A stretch of 64,000 nt of DNA. Origin: Paraspadella gotoi. Lineage: Eukaryota; Animalia; Chaetognatha. A program made the position numbers and the translations under genes. The stretch spans positions 11,471,818 through 11,535,817 of the forward strand of contig CM119265.1 in the NCBI GenBank assembly GCA_051294375.1, given 5' to 3'. Of this stretch, positions 61,027-64,000 are shown piece after piece (positions within the stretch are counted from its first letter, which is position 1; every line of letters begins with the position of its first letter). A model generated the notes under the pieces. It ran no database searches, had not been told where the DNA came from, and was given only the letters and a program-made list of their open reading frames with translations.

Positions 61027-64000
61027 CATGGTGACAATTTTACAAGCGCCGTAGAATGACGCTGTCATTTGCAAACCAGTGGTTATTTCATTGATTTTAA
61101 AAATTAGTTGAGTAGAACATTAAAGTCATTTATGTGTTCAAATTTTATATTGATCAGTTAAGATATGCCTTGGCAATTAGTGGAGAAAGTTGGCTTGTAA
61201 AATCGGGTTTCATTTTCTAACTACTTTTTTAGATTCAATTTTTTTTTCTTACTTTCAGTAAGTGTTCTGAAGAAATTTAAAATAAAATAATAATAATATT
61301 ATTATCTTCTGAAAGCCCTTTCAAATCTAAGAGAATGACATACTTGCAAATACTGTAGTATAAAATTTAACCGGCCAGCTTTAATTTAAATAGGATACTC
61401 AAAAACAGAACATCTTCTAAAAATCAATAGCTGGAGAGTAAATTATAGATTTTTATCAAATTGTGATTGGCTATCTGAAATCTCCTTTTTTCAGGCTCTT
61501 TCATGATACTTATATAAATAATAATATTTTATTGTTATAATAATTTAATCAGGTCATATATTTTAAAACAAGTTTGAGCAAACAATGTCGGATCTGCCTA
61601 CAATAATTAATTATTAATTAATCGATTAATTAATTAATTAATTTTAATATGTAATATATTAATTTTAAATTTATATTCAACTTATCATCATCGATGTCCT
61701 TAAAATTGGGTTAGGACAGTTATTAAATATGTTTTGTTTACATTTTATCAAAACAAACAAATATCCTCTATTTTATTTTATGTCTCCTTCTCTCTCTCTC
61801 TCACTCTCTCTCTCTCTCTCTCTTTTTATATGCAATTGCGACGATCTTTAGCTTTTAAGATTCTTTTAACTTGCATCATTTTTTCACATTAATTAATTAA
61901 TTAATTAATTCAAACATTTATTAGTAATCATTAATATTAAAGATTCAAGTAAATGTGACTTATGTTTTTTCCATCTAAACTCATTTCCACTGGCACAATT
62001 CGTCAAAACTTTATATATATTATATAATTAATAAATATTTAAAAGCTTCAGTGCAACAACCCAATGAACTAATTCAAAAAGTTCACATTGAAAATCGATT
62101 TAGTAGTAAAAGGAAAAAAAAAATTTTAAAGAGAACTAGAAGTTATAAAAAATGTTCAATTTTGGCCCGCCTTACTAGATATATTGCATGTGATAAACAT
62201 GTTATCGGAATAATAATTTTATCAATTTTATGTATTTGTATTTTAAGTATTTTTATTTTTATTTTAATTTTTTTATTTGCTAATTTTAATCTCGGACTCT
62301 CTTTCTCTCTCTCTCTTTGCAATTGCAACGATCCTTATGCTCATTTTTCTGCTCTCTCTCTCACATTTTTCTACCCCCACACAAAAAATTTGAACTCAAT
62401 CTATCCATCCAATTATGATTAATTAGAGTACTTATTGGTTAAAATAAGTAAACATATTTTAGTAAATGCGACTTATGTTTTTTCCACTTAAACTCATTTC
62501 CACTCACACGATTCCGTCGAAACTTTATATCCAGCTTTATCACACACTTTCCTACCCACATACAAAATTTCAATTTCAGCCAATCACAAGTTATTGGAGC
62601 TTTTTGCTAAGGTGGAACGGATGGACGGATTGATTGACTGATTAATTAATTATTTATTAATTAATTGACTAATTGATTAATTAACTGATTAATTATATGA
62701 TTTATTAATACATCCTGCATTTACATTTAATATAAAAATAAAAAAAGCATAATTAATTAGTGAAACAGGTTTTTTGTTTTTTTCCATTTAAACTCATTTC
62801 CACTCAAAAGATTCCATCGAGACTTGGTTTCCTGTTCAATCACACACTTTTCTACTCACATACAAAATTCCACATTAAGTGGTAAGTGCAGAACTTGATC
62901 AACTTGCAGAATTTTGTCAACTGGCATATTTGGTCAACTTGGCATAATTTGGTCAACTGGCATATTTTGTCAATTTGCATAATTTGGTCAATCAATCAAT
63001 CAATCAATCAATCAGAGAGAGTAGAGAGAGAGAGAAACATTTAAAAAATTCAAATAAATGTGTCTTTTGGTTTTCTAATTTGAACTCTTTTCCACTCCTA
63101 CGATTCCATCTAAAAATTTATATCCAGCTTTATCACATACTTTCCTACCCACACACAAAATTCAATTTCGATTTATCTATCCAATTTTAATAAACATTAT
63201 AATTATGAGTAAATATGACTTTTGTTTTTTCCATTTTAACTCATTTCCACTCGCACACGATTCCATCGAAACTTTAATATCCAGCTCAATCACACACTTT
63301 CCTACCATCATACAAAATTTCAAGTCAATTGCCCTATCCACTCATGAGCAATTGGCGTTCAAATAGTGAAATATATTTTTTGTTGTTTTTCTATTTAAAC
63401 CAATTTCCACTTGCATGATTCCATTGAAACTTCATATCCATCTCAATCACACAGTTTCCTACCCACACACAAAATTTCATACCAATCCAATCCATCCAAT
63501 CACGAGTAATTGGAGATTTTTGCTAAGGTGGGACGGACGCACGGAGGGACATCGTTTTTTTTTGCATAATTAATCATAATTCGATGTTCTGACATGATAT
63601 AAGTGTGTGCCCGACAATATTGAGGGGGCGGACCGACGGACCGACAAAGTGAATTATAGAGTCGGGATCTGCTGATAAGCAGATCCGACTAAAAAGATTT
63701 AAAATTTTAGATAATTAACTTTTGACTCTCTTTATTGAACCAAGGCTGGGCAGCTTAATTTTTATGTTAGAGCTTTCGTAAGTATATCATTCTCTTCATT
63801 TTTTTAAGGGGTTTCTGAGGATATTAATATTGTTAATATATTAATAAATACTTTGTTTAAAAAAGTTATAAAAGTTAAAAAAAAAAGATTTAAAAACAGT
63901 GAGTTGGAAAATGAAACCCGATTTTACAAGCCAACTTTCTCCACTCATTTCCAAGGCATATCTTAACTGATCAATATAAAATTTGAACACATAAATGACT
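61027..64000. mobile_element. Second copy of the Tc1/mariner-type element, in the HEATR1 intron
   Basis: TA followed by the CATGGTGACAATTTTACAAG left TIR; the right TIR begins near 63890. Confidence 0.75.
61566..63694 (-). mobile_element. HINE family 1, full-length copy
   Basis: Minus strand begins TTTTAGTCGGATCTGC..GCAGATCCCGACTCTATAA, has a GTCC microsatellite and ends GCAGATCCGAC..TTTGCTCAAACTTGTT. This is DINE-1/HINE architecture. Confidence 0.75.

Overview
AT-rich eukaryotic (invertebrate-like animal) genomic scaffold with GC/CpG-rich exons, short (about 50-90 nt) or repeat-expanded introns, two N gaps and some indel-noisy stretches. I reconstructed five protein-coding genes by hand, all on the minus strand: the 3' exon of HEATR1/UTP10, an intronless TMEM70-like mitochondrial gene, a TPD52-family gene, a C2H2 zinc-finger gene and an 18-exon TTC17. 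A weakly supported sixth gene lies at the left end. Several gene junctions are only about 100 bp and carry unpaired splice acceptors, which suggests an operon with SL trans-splicing. Introns contain Helentron-type HINEs, hAT, Tc1/mariner and CACTA-like non-autonomous elements, plus LINE, Penelope and LTR remnants. The main result is four sequence-divergent families of small non-coding LTR elements (TRIM-like). Their LTRs share an initial hairpin, a tRNA-like Pol III promoter module and a circularly permuted (type P5) twister ribozyme that covaries between families and has a short, largely self-complementary P1 linker. The two complete elements (18854-19571 and 53984-54721) have an extended tRNA-Trp primer-binding site and a ribozyme in each LTR, the architecture of an LTR retrozyme built on twister instead of hammerhead. 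All structures were read by eye, with no folding or database search, and novelty is unverified.
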